From NCBI GenBank assembly GCA_964016885.1, contig OZ024747.1:34658001-34722000 (forward strand): a stretch of DNA of 64,000 bases, given 5' to 3'. Positions within the stretch are counted from its first letter, which is position 1, and each line of letters opens with the position of its first letter. The notes under the pieces are model-generated. The model saw only the letters and a list, made by a program, of their open reading frames with translations. It was not told the origin of the DNA and did no database searches. The position numbers and the translations under genes were made by a program. This document shows, piece by piece, positions 13,919 through 26,520 of this stretch. The DNA is from Eledone cirrhosa. Taxonomy: Eukaryota.

Positions 13919-14051
13919 AAATATGGTTTTATAAATATAGCTTCCATTTATTTAATATCGTAAATATACTCCAAATACTTGCCGAGTGCTTTTATATCAG
14001 TTATTAATATTTACAATTTAAATATAACTTTCCATATATATATATATATAT

Positions 14052-14483
14052 ATAATATAAGATCAAAAGATGGTTAAAGGAGTTCCATGTATTTTATTAT
14101 GCGCATTTCAAAAACAAACATCATCATGCAATAATATTTGTGTTTTCATCAGATAAAACAGGAGAACATGATATGAAGGCTAAAAAACACTTGTGGATAG
14201 TGCAGTTTTAAATCAACATATGAAAAGTGGTTTTAGATTGATGTGTGATATTGGGAAAAATATTTTATTTAGAGAGGGGGGGGGTGGAAAGGATGAAAAA
14301 GGGGAGGAGATAAGAGGGAGAGATGGGTGATAGAGAGAAAGAGATAGTTTTTATAACTGAGAGAAGATATATTGTTTTACATCTTTTGATCTTATATTAT
14401 GTATATTCCAGTCCTACAAACTGTAGAGTGCTTCTTATCCGATATCTGCATTGCTTTATTGTACTACAATAAAACTCACCTCC

Positions 14484-14488
<5 letters not shown>
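14052..14488. mobile_element. Second copy of the 12602-13025 element with a different inversion point
   Basis: Same left end (ATAATATAAGATCAAAAGA) and right end (CTCACCTCCTACAT); (TA)n on both sides. Confidence 0.8.
14092..14158 (-). ncRNA. Type I hammerhead ribozyme motif
   Basis: Same motif as 12642-12708. Confidence 0.75.
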
Positions 14489-14544
<56 letters not shown>

Positions 14545-14548
<4 letters not shown>

Positions 14549-15200
14549 ATTTGATAACCAGATGGTTGTTTATATATGGCCTATGCTGTTACCTCATAAA
14601 TTGTGTGACCTCCTCAGTGACTAGGTTTTTATTTTGTGTCCCTCCTTTGTTCTAGCCTACACCATCTTGTTTTTCTGCGTTGTGTATTGTGTTTGGTGTG
14701 CGCATACGTTACATCCGGGTGTGTGTTTTTTATTTATTTTATCTGTGTGTCTGGTTTGTTTTATTTTTTAGTTATTTGTGTCTGTATGTCTTCATTTTGA
14801 CCTTAATTACTAGTTGTGATGTTGCTATTCCATTCATGTGTTCTGTTTAATTTTAATTGAAGTTATTTTGTTTGTCACCTCTGTATTTTTTCTGAACATT
14901 GCATCGTTTATGTGTGTGAATATAAGTTTTATTATTACGTTCTCTAGTGTGCCCCTATATTCTATTTTGGCATGTTGGTCGAGTACTGATACGTTTTTCC
15001 TATCTTGGAGTCCTCGCTTGTCTTCACATATCTTTCCTCCTATATTACAGGATATTTTACCTATCTATGTTATGTTCTTATTCCTACACTGTCCTTCTAC
15101 GTCTCTAGTTTTGCAGTTATTTTGCGGGCGTAGCATGCAGTTTATGCATTTCCTATCAGTACAAGGGGTATATTGAAATGCATGTGCTTTACTAATTAGT
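14545..15200 (-). mobile_element. Decayed PLE 3' fragment (GIY-YIG remnant + 3' UTR)
   Basis: Colinear with about 55760-56530; minus strand GQCRNKNIT*IG; eroded hammerhead near 14575-14622. Confidence 0.65.
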
Positions 15201-15376
15201 GTTCAAAAGAAAATGTTCGCTCTACATGGCTGTATACAATAAATGTAATCTGATTTTTTCGAATATTAATAATAACAATCGATTCGTTTGCAATTATGCA
15301 AAGACGCCTCAATTTTATAGCCATGTCAGTAGAATGAACCCTTCATTCTTGCTCTTGTGTTGCCATGTGAAGAGAA

Positions 15377-15420
15377 CTGCAGACACTAATGTTTCTGGGT
15401 ATCACCCTTCATCAGTACAG
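15377..15420 (-). ncRNA. Compact type I hammerhead ribozyme motif
   Basis: Minus strand CTGTA-CTGATGA-a-GGGT gat ACCC-a-GAAA-CATTAGTG-TC-TGCAG; GUC cleavage triplet. Confidence 0.75.
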
Positions 15421-15484
15421 CTCACTGTTCACCTGCTAAACTGTCAGAGTTAGTGAAAATATATGCTATTTTCAAAAATACACA

Positions 15485-15596
15485 GTGACTGATCGGCCTG
15501 AACTGCATATTAGCAGACTGGCTGATCACTTAGATCTGCATATTAGCAGATCCACTGATCAGCCAGATTTGCATATCAGCAGTCTGGCCAGTCAGT
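15485..15596. repeat. Three imperfect ~33 bp tandem repeats
   Basis: CTGATC..TGCATATTAGCAGA unit repeated three times. Confidence 0.7.
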
Positions 15597-15726
15597 TTCC
15601 TGTATACGAGCGGTAAGTGGCCGGCTTTGCGAAATTCAAATGAAAGAGAAAACTACGGCAAATAGATTAATATTGCAAAATAAATTACTAAAAATTTACT
15701 AAGAATATAAAACACCAACATTTCAT

Positions 15727-15835
15727 TATCCCGCCGAGGTTAACTTTGCCTTTCATCCTTACGGAGTCGATCAAATAAAGTACCAGCAATGCACAGGGTA
15801 ATTGTTGGCCTTGTGCCAAAAGTAGAAACAATTAT
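15727..15835 (+). mobile_element. 5'-truncated SINE of the 10679 family
   Basis: Core and 3' tail match 10762-10866. Confidence 0.8.
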
Positions 15836-16189
15836 TCATATTCTTAAATCTGTGATATGAGGGGTGTTACGAATCTTTCTATCGGGATGATACATCAGCT
15901 GAATATGATAATCAATATACAAATCTTAGACATTTCATGATTTAAAAAAATAAATTAAAAAAGTATCAGATTCTCATATGTTGCTATATTTGCATATATT
16001 AAAGTACAACAACGTTGTTAATTCCTGGAACGTTCTATGTTTATATGAAATATGTTTATATCTATTCAATTATTTTAAATATTAATATATTTAGACATTG
16101 TTCAATGAAAGAAAATAACCATGAAAATGAATTTCAATAGAAATATTTAAAAATACACCCAGCGAAATACACACAACACATTGGTTTCA

Positions 16190-18630
16190 CGGCCAGGTTT
16201 AGTAAGGCGTTAGCAATAGAGAAAAATAGAGCAGAGGGAGAACTAGTTAGCAAATTAGACGAGGCGCTAAGTAAAGGCATCTCAACCGACGTGCTTGCGG
16301 CGAAATTGGTCCTCGACCAATTTTTCAACGCAACGCACGAAAGCTGCGTTGTCAGAGCTAGAACGCGTGATTTGAGAGACGAGGGGAGGAAAGCCGTTCG
16401 ATGGCCGTTCGATGGGCGCGTCGTGGCAACAAAGCCACGATGTGGACCACGAAGCGCGCACATGTTACTCGATCCCGGGCAAATGTGTGCGGCTTTTTAA
16501 CGACAATTCGCCGTGATGTTCAGGGGCAGCAGCGGACCGGATCGCGAGATGGAATTTAGTGCCTACTTCAACGGACTGCTGCGGCTCTCGGCCACTGTGG
16601 CGGAGTGTAGCGAAAAGCAGATAACAGCCGCTGAAGGGAGGCAATGACTGGCTGCACAGTGGGTAAATCGCAGCGTTTGGGTAGAAGACGAGCACTTACC
16701 TCTTCGGTAATGCCCTGATTAACTTTTTCAATATCATTTGAAAAGGAAAATAAGGGTGGAGAGGGAATGCTTCCGTTCTGCTGCCAGTTGCAGTCAACAT
16801 CTGTCAAGAGGTCACCGAACAAGTCTGGCATGTACGCACAAAGCTTGTAGGGCAGAGCATCCAAACCTGGCAATTGACCGGTCGTCGATAGGTGTGGCAG
16901 TCCGTCGAGGTATGCACTGAAGTTCATACTCCGATCCGGCCCACCACCGCTTTCAAATAGTTTATCAAATTGCCGCTGTTCGTGTTCGAGTAACACGCCA
17001 TCATTTTGTTCAGGCAAAAACAGAATTGTGAGTGCGTTGCCACGTCGCGCCTCCACCACCCGAGCCCATCGAACGGCTTTCGTCCCCGCTTGTCTCAGAG
17101 CACATGCTCTAGCTCTGACAACGCAGCCTTCGAGCTTGGCGTTGAAGAATTGGTCCAGTGACAATCTCGCCGAAAGCATCATCGGATGCGATGCCTGACC
17201 TAAACGCTTCTTCTAGATTTCTAACTAGCTCTCTTTCTACTCTATTTTTCTCTATCACTACTCCTTTGCTAACCCTTATCGATTCTACTCCAAGAGCCCT
17301 TTTCAGGTTAAACCACCACCTATTGTTGACGATCGCACCCGTCAACGCACGCTTAACTAATTCGCTTATCCGCTCTCTGTAAGCTTTGCCTGACGGGACA
17401 GACATGTTCAGCTTCCAGTAACGGGATCATTGCCTATGAAGTCTAACTCGACTTCACAGAACACAAATGTGTGGTCCATGTAGTCGGCTACATTAAATTG
17501 TGGCCAACCTACGCTAGCTGTATCTGTTTCCCTACAGAATACCCTAAAAAATATATGATCTGGATAACCCGATGCGGGTTATCCAGGGACATTCGGATAA
17601 TCCAGTCAAAATCTATCAGAGAGTTCAAAAGGTCTTAGCAGGTTGTTGAGGCTATTACATCTTCCTCCCTTATTTACTAACCCCACATAATCCCAGCGTG
17701 CATCTATGATACCGTTCCAGTTACCCACTAACACTAGATAGCTACTTCTTTGCTAAACCCTATTGACATTACTCTAATCCCTCTTTTGAGAGCACCCCCC
17801 CCCCCCCACATCTATTGTTGACGACTGCCCCTGTCAACTTTTTCTTAACTAGATTGTTGACCTGCTCCCTGTAAGCCTTACGTGCCGGAAACGATATGTT
17901 CAGCTTCCAGTAACCAGGTCCTAATCTACGCGTCTGTTCTAGGCCGTCGACCATACAGATCACAAACTTTTGATCTGAATAGGCGACCGTTTTAAAACAT
18001 GGACAGCTTACACTATTTCTGTCTATTTTCCTAATGAATATTCTGTTTATATACGATCTAGATGATCCTATGAGGTTGGTCCATGTCCACACTGGCGCTT
18101 TAGGGAAATCTAGTCGGTAAATGTCAGACTGTTGGAAATGTCTGATCAAGTATTTGAGGCTTTTGCACCCCCCACTCCTATCGGATAATCCCACAGAGTC
18201 CCAGCATGCATCTAATATGCCGGTCCAGTCCCCCGCTAATAGTAAAGGGCAAGACGTACCCAGAAACGCTTCCAGGCGTCTAAAGAATTCGACCATCCTG
18301 CCCCAGTAGGGGCGTATACGGCCACCAATCTAAAGGCAATAGCTTCGCTATTGTTTACATCTAAGAACACCAACTTACCGTCCGGGTCCCGGTCGATCGA
18401 CCTCGCCTCGAGATCCAGGCCTTTCCTAAACAGCACTGCCAACCCACCCTCATTCCCGGCCTACTAACAAATGCAAAGATTTGATAGTCGTTGAAAATGG
18501 GGGCTAGTGCGCGCGTGTCGGAAATCCTGGTCTCGCTGATGGCAATTACATCCTTTTCTAGAGACCTGAGGTCATTCAGCAGGTGACCCTGCTTCCAGGA
18601 CGCATCCCAGGCCTCGAACATTTAAACTTT
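16190..18630. mobile_element. Cluster of Tx1/L1-like LINE fragments (APE endonuclease and linker) in mixed orientation
   Basis: Minus strand DVIAISETR, FRLVAVYAP, LLLAGDW, PGYWKLN, PGLDALPY; plus-strand paralogous fragment at about 16190-16680. Confidence 0.8.
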
Positions 18631-18639
18631 CTACTCTAA

Positions 18640-20715
18640 ATACGGCCATGTTGGCAGGCTAAAAGAGAGAGGATAAGTTTACTTACCTTCCGGGCTCTTG
18701 TGAAGGTCGGGTGTTGGACGCTTTTCATCGAAGTGTTGGTTGGGGAGGCGCAAAATTGCTCAATACCGACCATGTCCATACACGAGACCCTCCACCTCAG
18801 GTGATACAATATAGAGAGCATAGGGAGTAAACCTAGCTTAGGTGGGTCTCTAATTAATTTAGTTGTATTGAAAGTATTCGATAGTATCGACCATCGGTAC
18901 CTAGTGTTTGTCCTCAAGTCAGCTGGGTTTGGCACCGTCTTCAGAAGCTGGATCGCTGCAATTCACAGCGGCATCTGCTTGGTGGTCAAAGTTAATGGCC
19001 ACCTCTCTGAACCGTTTCAGGTCTTCTGATCGGTCCGTCAAGGGTGTCCTCTCTCCTCCCTTCTTTATGTATTGACTCTCGTGCCTTTACTGCGGAAGCT
19101 GGAGCTGTTGAAGGGCACCCCATTCGAACCGGACGCGGAAAGGCTGTGTCGGTTTACGGGGATGACATTACACTGATGGTGATGGACACCTCAGAAATCG
19201 AGGTAGTCGACACCTTATTGGAAGAATACAAAAGTTTCATGGGAGCGAAACTTAACCCAGAAAAGTTGGTAGGCTTGCAACTCGGCACCTGGACTGGGTA
19301 GTCCATGCCGTTCAACAGCATCGTTGGGCGCTTGACGGACGGACGGATAATGTTGCTCCGGGTTGGGTTCGGATCAGTCCTGCAGCTGGATAGTAATTGG
19401 GATAACATCAGGGGCAGAGTAGCCAGACTCACCAAGAAATGGGCTGCGAGGAAGCTATCACTGAAAGATCGGGCGGTGGTAATTGCATAGATCGCGTCCG
19501 TCACCTACGGCCTGACAGTCATGCCTTCCTATCGTCCACGCCTCACCCTGTTGGAACGGCTCCTCTTGAAATTCTTGTGGTGAGGATATGTTCCGTTGGT
19601 GAGGCGGTACACCCGCTGACAGCACGCTCTACGGGGAGGGATGTGTATGTCGTGGCTAATGATGCACAGACATGCGCTGCATATATTCTGCCTAAACGGT
19701 GAACGGTGTGGTCGTCGTTTGTCAGACGGGCCTTTCCGCAGCTCTACTCTTCGACAGAGCAACAGTCCTTGGTCAAGAAGAGACCGAGACTGGGAGGCTG
19801 GCATCCGGAATGTTACCAGGCACTTACTGATCTCTACCAAGTAGGCAATACGGTCAGTGGAACTCACACTCTCGAGTTCTATAGAGGATTAGTGGTGGGC
19901 AAGTGCGACGGCGGACTCGGCGAGGCTCCGGGTATCGACAGAGTCGAACCAACAAGTCTGGTCCGGAGGACTTTCGAGCCGGCGACCATGGATAACTTCC
20001 CAAAATCCCTCCTTGGTAGTTCTACTGGAAGAGCACTGCCGGTTCGAGATAAACTATACAGGCTATGAAATGCTGTCAGACAGACATGCCCGAGATGCGC
20101 GCAGAGCGACGAAACCCTTCTGCACGCATTATTCCAGTGTGCTTGCATTACTGACTTGTGGAGTTATGTCGAACAGCTATTGTCACGTGTAGAACGGATC
20201 CAGCTATCGGCCGAGTACATATTGAGGATCGACCCACCACGAACTTTTGGCCAGGAAGGGCAGGCAATTTTCCTCTGTCTGGTGGCAGTAGCGAAAGAGG
20301 TTGTATGGTGGACCAGGTTGAAAGGACTGAAAACAGACAATTTTCTCTTCGGCCAATCCCTCATCAACTTTTTCAAGTTTCACTTGGAAAGGAAGGTGAA
20401 GGTAGAGAGAGAAATGCTGCTCCCCAGTAAATTTGCTGAAAGGTGGGTGAATGGGGCGAGAATGGCCCGTGTGTGTGAGCCTACTCTGATCATGCACCTG
20501 TAGGCTGGTGAATTTGAGGAGTGAATGGGTGCCCCTCCGGGTGCCTTCGAAGCATCGGGTGGTTCAAGATTGGTATGGTACTTGTGTCAACCCATGGTTG
20601 TATTTTTGTTGTTATAATTTTCCTATTTTTTACTTGATTTTTGTGTAAAAAGCCCACTGTCCTTATTTATTGTATTGTCCCCGATATGTCCGGCCTTGGG
20701 GGCCAATAAATGAAA
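18640..20715 (+). mobile_element. Decayed Tx1/L1-like LINE 3' half (RT and C-terminal CCHC)
   Basis: KVFDSIDH, VRQGCPLS, VYGDDIT, CPRC..ETLLHALFQC; ends GGCCAATAAA before (ATT)n. Confidence 0.85.
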
Positions 20716-20750
20716 CTATTATTATTATTTTTATCGAGGGCAAGGGCAGT

Positions 20751-21158
20751 GTATTGGCAGTATAGGTAGAAGGTCGGACGCCATGCTTTATAGCATAGAG
20801 TTACGGCCCTTTATGATCTGAGTTCAAATCCCACCGCGGTTACCTTTGCCTTCCATCCTTATGGGGTCGATTTAATCGAATTCCCCCTCCTCCAAAATTG
20901 CTGGCCTTGTGTCTATAAAAGAAACCATTAATATCGAGTTTCGTGGATTGGCAGTATCGGTAGAGGTTCGGGCACCCTGCTTTGCGGCATAGAGTTACGC
21001 CCCTTTACGATCTGTGTTCCAATTCTGCCGAGGTTAGCTTTGCCTTTTATCCTTACAGGGTTGCTAAAACAATGTACCAGTAATTCACTGACACAGATTT
21101 AATCAATTTCCTCTTCCCCTTTTAATGGCCTTGTGCCTAACGTAGAAAACATTATTAT
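20751..21158 (+). mobile_element. Two tandem SINE copies of the 10679 family
   Basis: Copies at about 20751-20930 and 20945-21158 with A/B boxes and core. Confidence 0.85.
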
Positions 21159-22192
21159 TTGAATCAGTAGTAGTAGTAGTAGTAGTAATAGTATTAGTAA
21201 TAGTAGTAGTAATAGTAGTAGTTGGTGTTGTTGTTGTTCTTGTTGTTGGTGGTGGTGTTGGTGTTGTTGGTTGTGGTGTCGATGTTATCCATCTACGCAT
21301 TAGGTAAAGATGCCGGAAAATATGCCGTTAAACATATGTCCGTTGATAGTGTTTAAATTATTTCTACTAAAAAAAAGTAGAAAACTGGGATGAGTACCAA
21401 TGTGTAAAGAAAGAGAAACCACATCAGAGAATGGAAGCAAGTTTTATATATATCGATACTGTAAAAGGGAGAAGCATAGAAGAATTATCAATTGTGATGG
21501 TTATAGAAAGAAAGAAACCAAAACCGAAAATATATAGAAAGCCTGATTGATCTGGTTCGGTTTAAACATATATGTACCTGATATGTAATTCTCCCTTTTG
21601 AAAGAGAATGTTTGTCTCTATATGATTATTAAGAGAAGGTGCGAAGGAACGACTAAATATAGTGTGAGTGATATGGAAGTAGATGAGAGTAAAGGAAATG
21701 CAGGGAAGAAAAGATGTAGAGGAGAGTGAAGAGGAATTTCGGGGGAAAAAAGAAGGCAGATTATGGGAGTTGCGAGAAAAATGAGTAGTTTTAATCGAAA
21801 AGTGAAAAAAGAAAACAAAAGAGGTAGAAAAATCCTGCGGAAGGAAAGAATATGAGAGATTGCGGAAGTAACGGAAATGAAATGTAGAATTAAAGAAGGA
21901 AACAGGGAGAATAAAAAGTAAAGCTAAGGAAAGGTGAGAGGAAGTAGATGAAGTACAAGATTGAGATGAGTTCAAATGCAATAATTCGTGAGAAAGAAGA
22001 GTAAAACATTTAACAAATACATATACGACGAGATACTTGGAGAGACAAATAGATAAATAAAGTAAGACAAATGAAAACGATATGAAAAACACAGTGAAGT
22101 ACATAGTACGTTTAATGGTGGTATAGGAAATATTCTGGAAATGCGCATATAGAATCTGTTACACACGCGGGCACATACATGCACACACACAC

Positions 22193-22234
<42 letters not shown>

Positions 22235-22238
<4 letters not shown>

Positions 22239-22709
22239 TGTACACGCGTACATACATATATGTATACAGACGTACAGTAGTATGTATATATATATACATA
22301 CATGCACAAATATATATATGTACATATGGATTCACCGAACATTTATTATAATGCTCGGTGTGTTTGTAAACAAACATCCCGTATTAAGCCGTAGTGTCCA
22401 GCAACTCACCCGTTAATATGCATAAGGTAAGTATATACGTTCAACAATCTGGCAGGAAGGTATACGTTGCTGATGATAGCTAATAAGCTTGAAACAAGTA
22501 CAGCGTTCCTTTGTCAGTGTTCAACAAACGAGCAACGATGGTTGCTGGATACTACGGCTTAATACGGGATGTTTGTTTACAAACACACCGAGCATTATAA
22601 TAAATGTTCGGTGAATCCATATGTACATATATATATGTGTGCATGTATGTATATATATATACATACTACTGTACGTCTGTATACATATATGTATGTACGT
22701 GTACGTACT
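22235..22709. repeat. 170 bp inverted repeat enclosing a hammerhead, in a TA-rich context
   Basis: 22235-22405 is the reverse complement of 22541-22709. Confidence 0.85.
22464..22506 (+). ncRNA. Minimal type I hammerhead motif
   Basis: ACGTTG-CTGATGA-t-AGCT aata AGCT-t-GAAA-CAAG-TA-CAGCGT. Confidence 0.7.
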
Positions 22710-22771
22710 TATATTTAAGTAACAGCCGTACTAAGAGTGGGACATGAAATTTTGTTTCATTTTTTCCCGTT

Positions 22772-22891
<120 letters not shown>

Positions 22892-23567
22892 TTAATATAA
22901 ATTAATATATTTGATAAACACAAATACCAACATATCCGTGTTTGTATTGTAAAAGACTAAGTTAGCTAGATTGAAATATACTAATTATAATAATACAGTT
23001 TTCCTGTCTCGATTTAAGATAATAAATCAATAAAAAAAAGCACATTGGCAAATGGCCGTGGTGCTTGGACAAATTTAAATTTCAAAATCAAACCTGTACC
23101 GTAGACAGGTTTGATTTTGAAGTATTTCTGAGTCGTGTAATACAAGTTAATATAAATTAATATATTTGATAAACACATATACCAACATATCCGTGTTTGT
23201 ATTGTAAATGACTAAGTTAGCTAAATGGAAATATACTAAATGTAATAATACAGTTTGCCTGTCTCGATTAAAATAATAAATCAATAAAAACAAGGCATAT
23301 TGGCAAATGGCCGTGGTGCTTGGACAAATTTAAATTTCAAAATCAAACCTGTTCCGTATACAGGTTTAAACCTTAAAATCCAAATATGTTTCGAAAAATG
23401 ATACAAATTAATATATTTGATAAACACAAATACCAACATATCCGGGTTTGTATTGTAAAAGACTAAGTTAGCTAGATTGAAATATACTAATTATAATAAT
23501 ACAGTTTTCCTGTCTCGATTTAAAATAATAAATCAATAGAAACAAAGCATATTGGCAAATGGCCGTG

Positions 23568-23695
23568 GTGCTTGGACAAATTTAAATTTCAAAATCAAAC
23601 CTCTTCCGTAGACAGGTTTAAACCTTAAAATCCAAATATGTTTCGAAAAATGGAAAAGTGAAAGAATACCGCATTTTGATCTCCTCAGCAAGCAC
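23568..23695 (-). ncRNA. Type I hammerhead ribozyme with extended stem II
   Basis: Minus strand GTGCTTG-CTGAGGA-GATCAAA..~75 nt..TTTGATTTT-GAAA-TTTAAATTTG-TC-CAAGCAC; perfect 7 bp stem I, GUC triplet. Confidence 0.75.
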
Positions 23696-24115
23696 TAGAA
23701 AAATTGGTATGTTTCAATTCAAAATATTTAAAAAGACTGTTTAACGAACATGGTTTTTCACACATGGTTATCCAGTGTCTAGCTGCCGCGTACTCGTGCT
23801 GCTAGAAATAACAGCCGTTTATATGGGGCTAAAGTTAGCTCAACAAAGGAGCAGTGATACTATTAATAATGAGTTCAAAACTCAGGCAGTCCTTTACAAT
23901 GAAATAGCTCAAAGAAAGAAGTATTTCTGAGACGTGTAATACAAGTTAATATAAATTAATATATTTGATAAACAGAAATACCAACATATCCGTGTTTGTA
24001 TTGTAAATGACTAAGTTAGCTAGATTGAAATATACTAATTATACTAATACAGTTTGCCTGTCTCGATTTAAAATAATAAATTAATAAAAACAAAGCATAT
24101 TGGCCAATGGCCATG

Positions 24116-24242
24116 GTGCTTGGACAAATTTAAATTTCAAAATCAAACCTGTTCCGTAGACAGGTTTAAACCTTAAAATCTAAATATGTTTCGAAAAATG
24201 AAAAAGTGAAAGAAACCGCATTTTGATCTCCTCAGCAAGCAC
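24116..24242 (-). ncRNA. Type I hammerhead ribozyme with extended stem II
   Basis: Same motif as 23568-23695, 548 nt away. Confidence 0.75.
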
Positions 24243-24972
24243 TTGAAAAATTGATATGTTTCACTTCAAAACATTTAAAAAGACTGTTTAACGCACATGG
24301 TTTTTCACACATGATTATCCAGTGTCTAGCTGCCGCGTACTCGTGCTGCTAGAAATAACAGCCGTTTATATAGGGCTAAAGTTAGCTCAACAAAGGAGCA
24401 GTGATTCTATTAATAATGAGTTCAAAACTCAGGCAGTCATTTACAATGAAATAGCTCAAAGAAAGAAGTATTTCTGAGCCGTGTAATACAAGTTAATATA
24501 AATTAATATATTTGATAAACACAAATACCAACATAACCGTGTTTGTATGGTAAATGACTAAGTTAGCTTAAATATTTTGAAGTGAAACATACCAATTTTC
24601 TAGTGCTTGTTGAGGAGATCAAAATGCGGTATTCTTTCACTTTTTCATTTTTCGAAACATATTTGGATTTTAAGGTTTAAACCTGTCTATGGAACAGGTT
24701 TGCTTTTGAAATTTAAATTTGTCCAATTTTGCCAATATGCCTTGTTTTTATTGATTTATATTTTAATCGAGACAGGCAAACTGTATTATTATATTTAGTA
24801 TATTTCCATTTAGCTAACTTAGTCATTTACAATACAAACACGAATATGTTGGTATATGTGTTTATCAAATATATTAATTCATATTAACTTGTATTACACG
24901 ACTCAGAAATACTTCTTCCTTTGAGCTATTTCATTGTAAAGGACTACCTGAGTTTTAAACTCATTATTAATA

Positions 24973-25176
<204 letters not shown>

Positions 25177-25443
25177 GAAATAAATATGGTTTTATACATA
25201 TAGTTTCCTTTTATTTATATTGTATATATATATATATATATATATATCATTTAAGTTTGTTTTATTGCCAGTGGGTATAACTGGTGGTTCTGGTATGAAA
25301 ATCATGATGTAACAACATTAAAGCACTCAACGTTGTGCAAGTCATCCATCGTAGACTAGGTATCCAGTGGTTGGTGAAGGAACGGAGTACACGACAACAG
25401 AAGGCTGGTCTGGAGAATATGGTTTAACATTTTAATTCCGTGA

Positions 25444-25520
25444 AATCACTATTCATATTTCGATGGTGCAGCGCCATCATACAAATATGATGCTAGTTAA
25501 CACGATCTCATCAGACAACT
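25444..25520 (-). ncRNA. Degenerate type I hammerhead motif
   Basis: Minus strand AGTTGT-CTGATGA-GAT..ATC-GAAA-TATGAA-TA-GTGATT; stem I mostly G-U pairs; about 200 bp from a (TA)n tract. Confidence 0.45.
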
Positions 25521-25652
25521 TCGACAGAATTATATAACAGGGCTCCGTTAAACCGAAATATATCATGGAAGATAGGGTAAAGAGAATAGGAAATTGATAA
25601 TTGAAAATTCGATTCTTGGCTTGCCTGTGCAAATAATTGTGTATGTTTGCAT

Positions 25653-25698
25653 GGAGAGAGAGAGAGAGAGGGAGAGAATGAGAGGGAGAGAGGGAGAG

Positions 25699-25787
<89 letters not shown>
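25653..25787. repeat. (GA)n microsatellite
   Basis: Simple repeat seen directly. Confidence 0.95.
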
Positions 25788-25789
<2 letters not shown>

Positions 25790-26376
25790 CTAAGGTTACA
25801 CCAATTCTATTCTTGCTGATGTCATAACCTTTGCACATTATGTGATTGAAACAAAAGGACATTTCCCTTGACCACGGCGTCGTCCTACTACGAATCTTTC
25901 GATGGCGGGACTTGTACAATGTTATCTGGTCTGGGAATCGAATAGCTGACGTTATGATATTGAGGCCAACATCCGTACATCTTGGTTGTGTACCATGCCT
26001 ACAAGTATAGGTTAATTTCTATTAGAATATATATGAAAATAATTAAAGTAAATATTGAAGAAAAGAGTTAAATGGCAAATATAAATACGATTATAACTTG
26101 AAGAAGCAAATAAACAAATATTTCACGCTATCTGTTATATTCCTTTTCGGATATTAAATATATTTTCACTATTAGGATAAAATACAGCACAAGGTTATAA
26201 CATTTATCTACCAGATATTTGCAGAACTTCAAATCATTAAGAGATCTTATTAAAGAGTGATTTGCAGGGGAAAAGATTGATATCTGTAAATAGTTAGCTG
26301 CATTTATTCATGTAGTATGATCACAGTTAAAACAATGAACATAAATAGATCTCCAACCAAAAGTGTAAGCCACCAA

Positions 26377-26520
26377 ATTGGCAGAGTCGTTAGAACGCCG
26401 ATTTGAATGCTTTGCGGTATTCGTTTCGGCTTCCTGCTCTCCACGTTTAAATCCCGCGAAGGTCGACTTTGCTATTCATCCATACGAGATTGATATAAAA
26501 TGTATCAGTGCACTGCTGGA
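26377..26520 (+). mobile_element. Diverged SINE related to the 10679 family
   Basis: TTGGCAGAGTCGTTAG..TTTAAATCCCGCGAAGGTCGACTTTGCTATTCATCC. Confidence 0.7.

Larger units (their letters stand above)
13097..14035. mobile_element. Fold-back hammerhead-bearing element in (TA)n
   Basis: About 13097-13325 is the reverse complement of about 13732-13962; ~70 bp unique right tail. Confidence 0.8.

Noticed and set aside
21300-22130. 180 aa minus-strand ORF 21562-22104 and a CTGATGT motif near 21425
   Set aside because: Low-complexity pyrimidine-rich sequence with no domain; no valid hammerhead fold
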